50,768 nt of DNA from positions 340 to 51,107 of the forward strand of contig DKXQ01000261.1 in NCBI GenBank assembly GCA_002493085.1, in the 5' to 3' direction. Positions 50,508 through 50,768 of the stretch are shown here, piece after piece. The notes under the pieces were generated by a model. The model had not been told where the DNA came from, ran no database searches, and was given only the letters and a program-made list of their open reading frames with translations. The position numbers and the translations under genes were made by a program. Positions within the stretch are counted from its first letter, which is position 1; every line of letters begins with the position of its first letter. This stretch comes from Lachnoclostridium sp. UBA7122. Its GTDB lineage: Bacteria > Bacillota > Clostridia > Lachnospirales > Lachnospiraceae.

Positions 50508-50672
50508 AATATCTTAATAGTTCTAAAAGAATGATTTGAAATAGGTATACAACTTATTCCAGCATTAGAAGCTGCCTTTATATCTATTAGTACATGTTTA
50601 GCAGCAAGTAGTCTTCCATTAATAAAAATATCTAAAATGAGTATTGTTGAGTGTATAGATACTGTTGAGTAA
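50508..50672 (+). pseudogene. C-terminal fragment of an FtsX-type ABC transporter permease
   Basis: Manual translation NILIVLKE*FEIGIQLIPALEAAFISISTCLAASSLPLIKISKMSIVECIDTVE*: last TM helix plus typical permease tail, in-frame stop at 50532, no upstream body. Confidence 0.6.
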
Positions 50673-50768
50673 CTTTGCCTGGGGAATTATTCGTAAAAAA
50701 ATGGTAAATAACGTATTTTTTATGTTATAATATAAACTAGAAGCTTTAGAGTATATGGCTCTGGCGGT

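Noticed and set aside
1-50768. CRISPR array, tRNA/rRNA, intact transposase, integrase or prophage genes
   Set aside because: No regularly spaced repeats, cloverleaf/rRNA signatures or such proteins seen in sequence or ORF track

Overview
AT-rich chromosomal segment of a spore-forming clostridial Firmicute; gene content and codon style suggest Lachnospiraceae (inference). It opens with a vanG-type glycopeptide-resistance cluster (partial vanR, vanS, D-Ala-D-Ser ligase, vanT) that has no vanXY between ligase and racemase. A short accessory block follows (AAA-ATPase/PD-(D/E)XK nuclease, hypothetical, polysaccharide deacetylase, XRE regulator). Next come core genes: glmM, tig-clpP-clpX-lon-engB, an Ig-repeat NlpC/P60 hydrolase, ddl, murF, PBP1A and pyk. 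These are followed by a reverse-strand LytTR/GHKL/MCP trio, a sporulation-type amidase and a reduced dcw cluster (rsmH-ftsL-2x bPBP-mraY-murD-ftsW-ftsQ-ftsZ; no mraZ, murE, murG or ftsA). The window ends with CPBP, PAS-GGDEF-EAL, an MBL lipoprotein, miaB, a stand-alone LytTR protein, a hypothetical, an aryl-sulfate sulfotransferase and an ABC-permease remnant. The most striking unexplained features are non-coding. One is a promoter-driven, densely base-paired, possibly pseudoknotted ~150-nt RNA in the glmM leader, preceded by an IS200/IS605-end-like hairpin. The other is a pair of related hairpins bracketing murF: one separates murF from its Shine-Dalgarno and carries a coupled 22-codon uORF, the other supplies the murF stop codon. 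No tRNA, rRNA, CRISPR array or intact transposase was seen.
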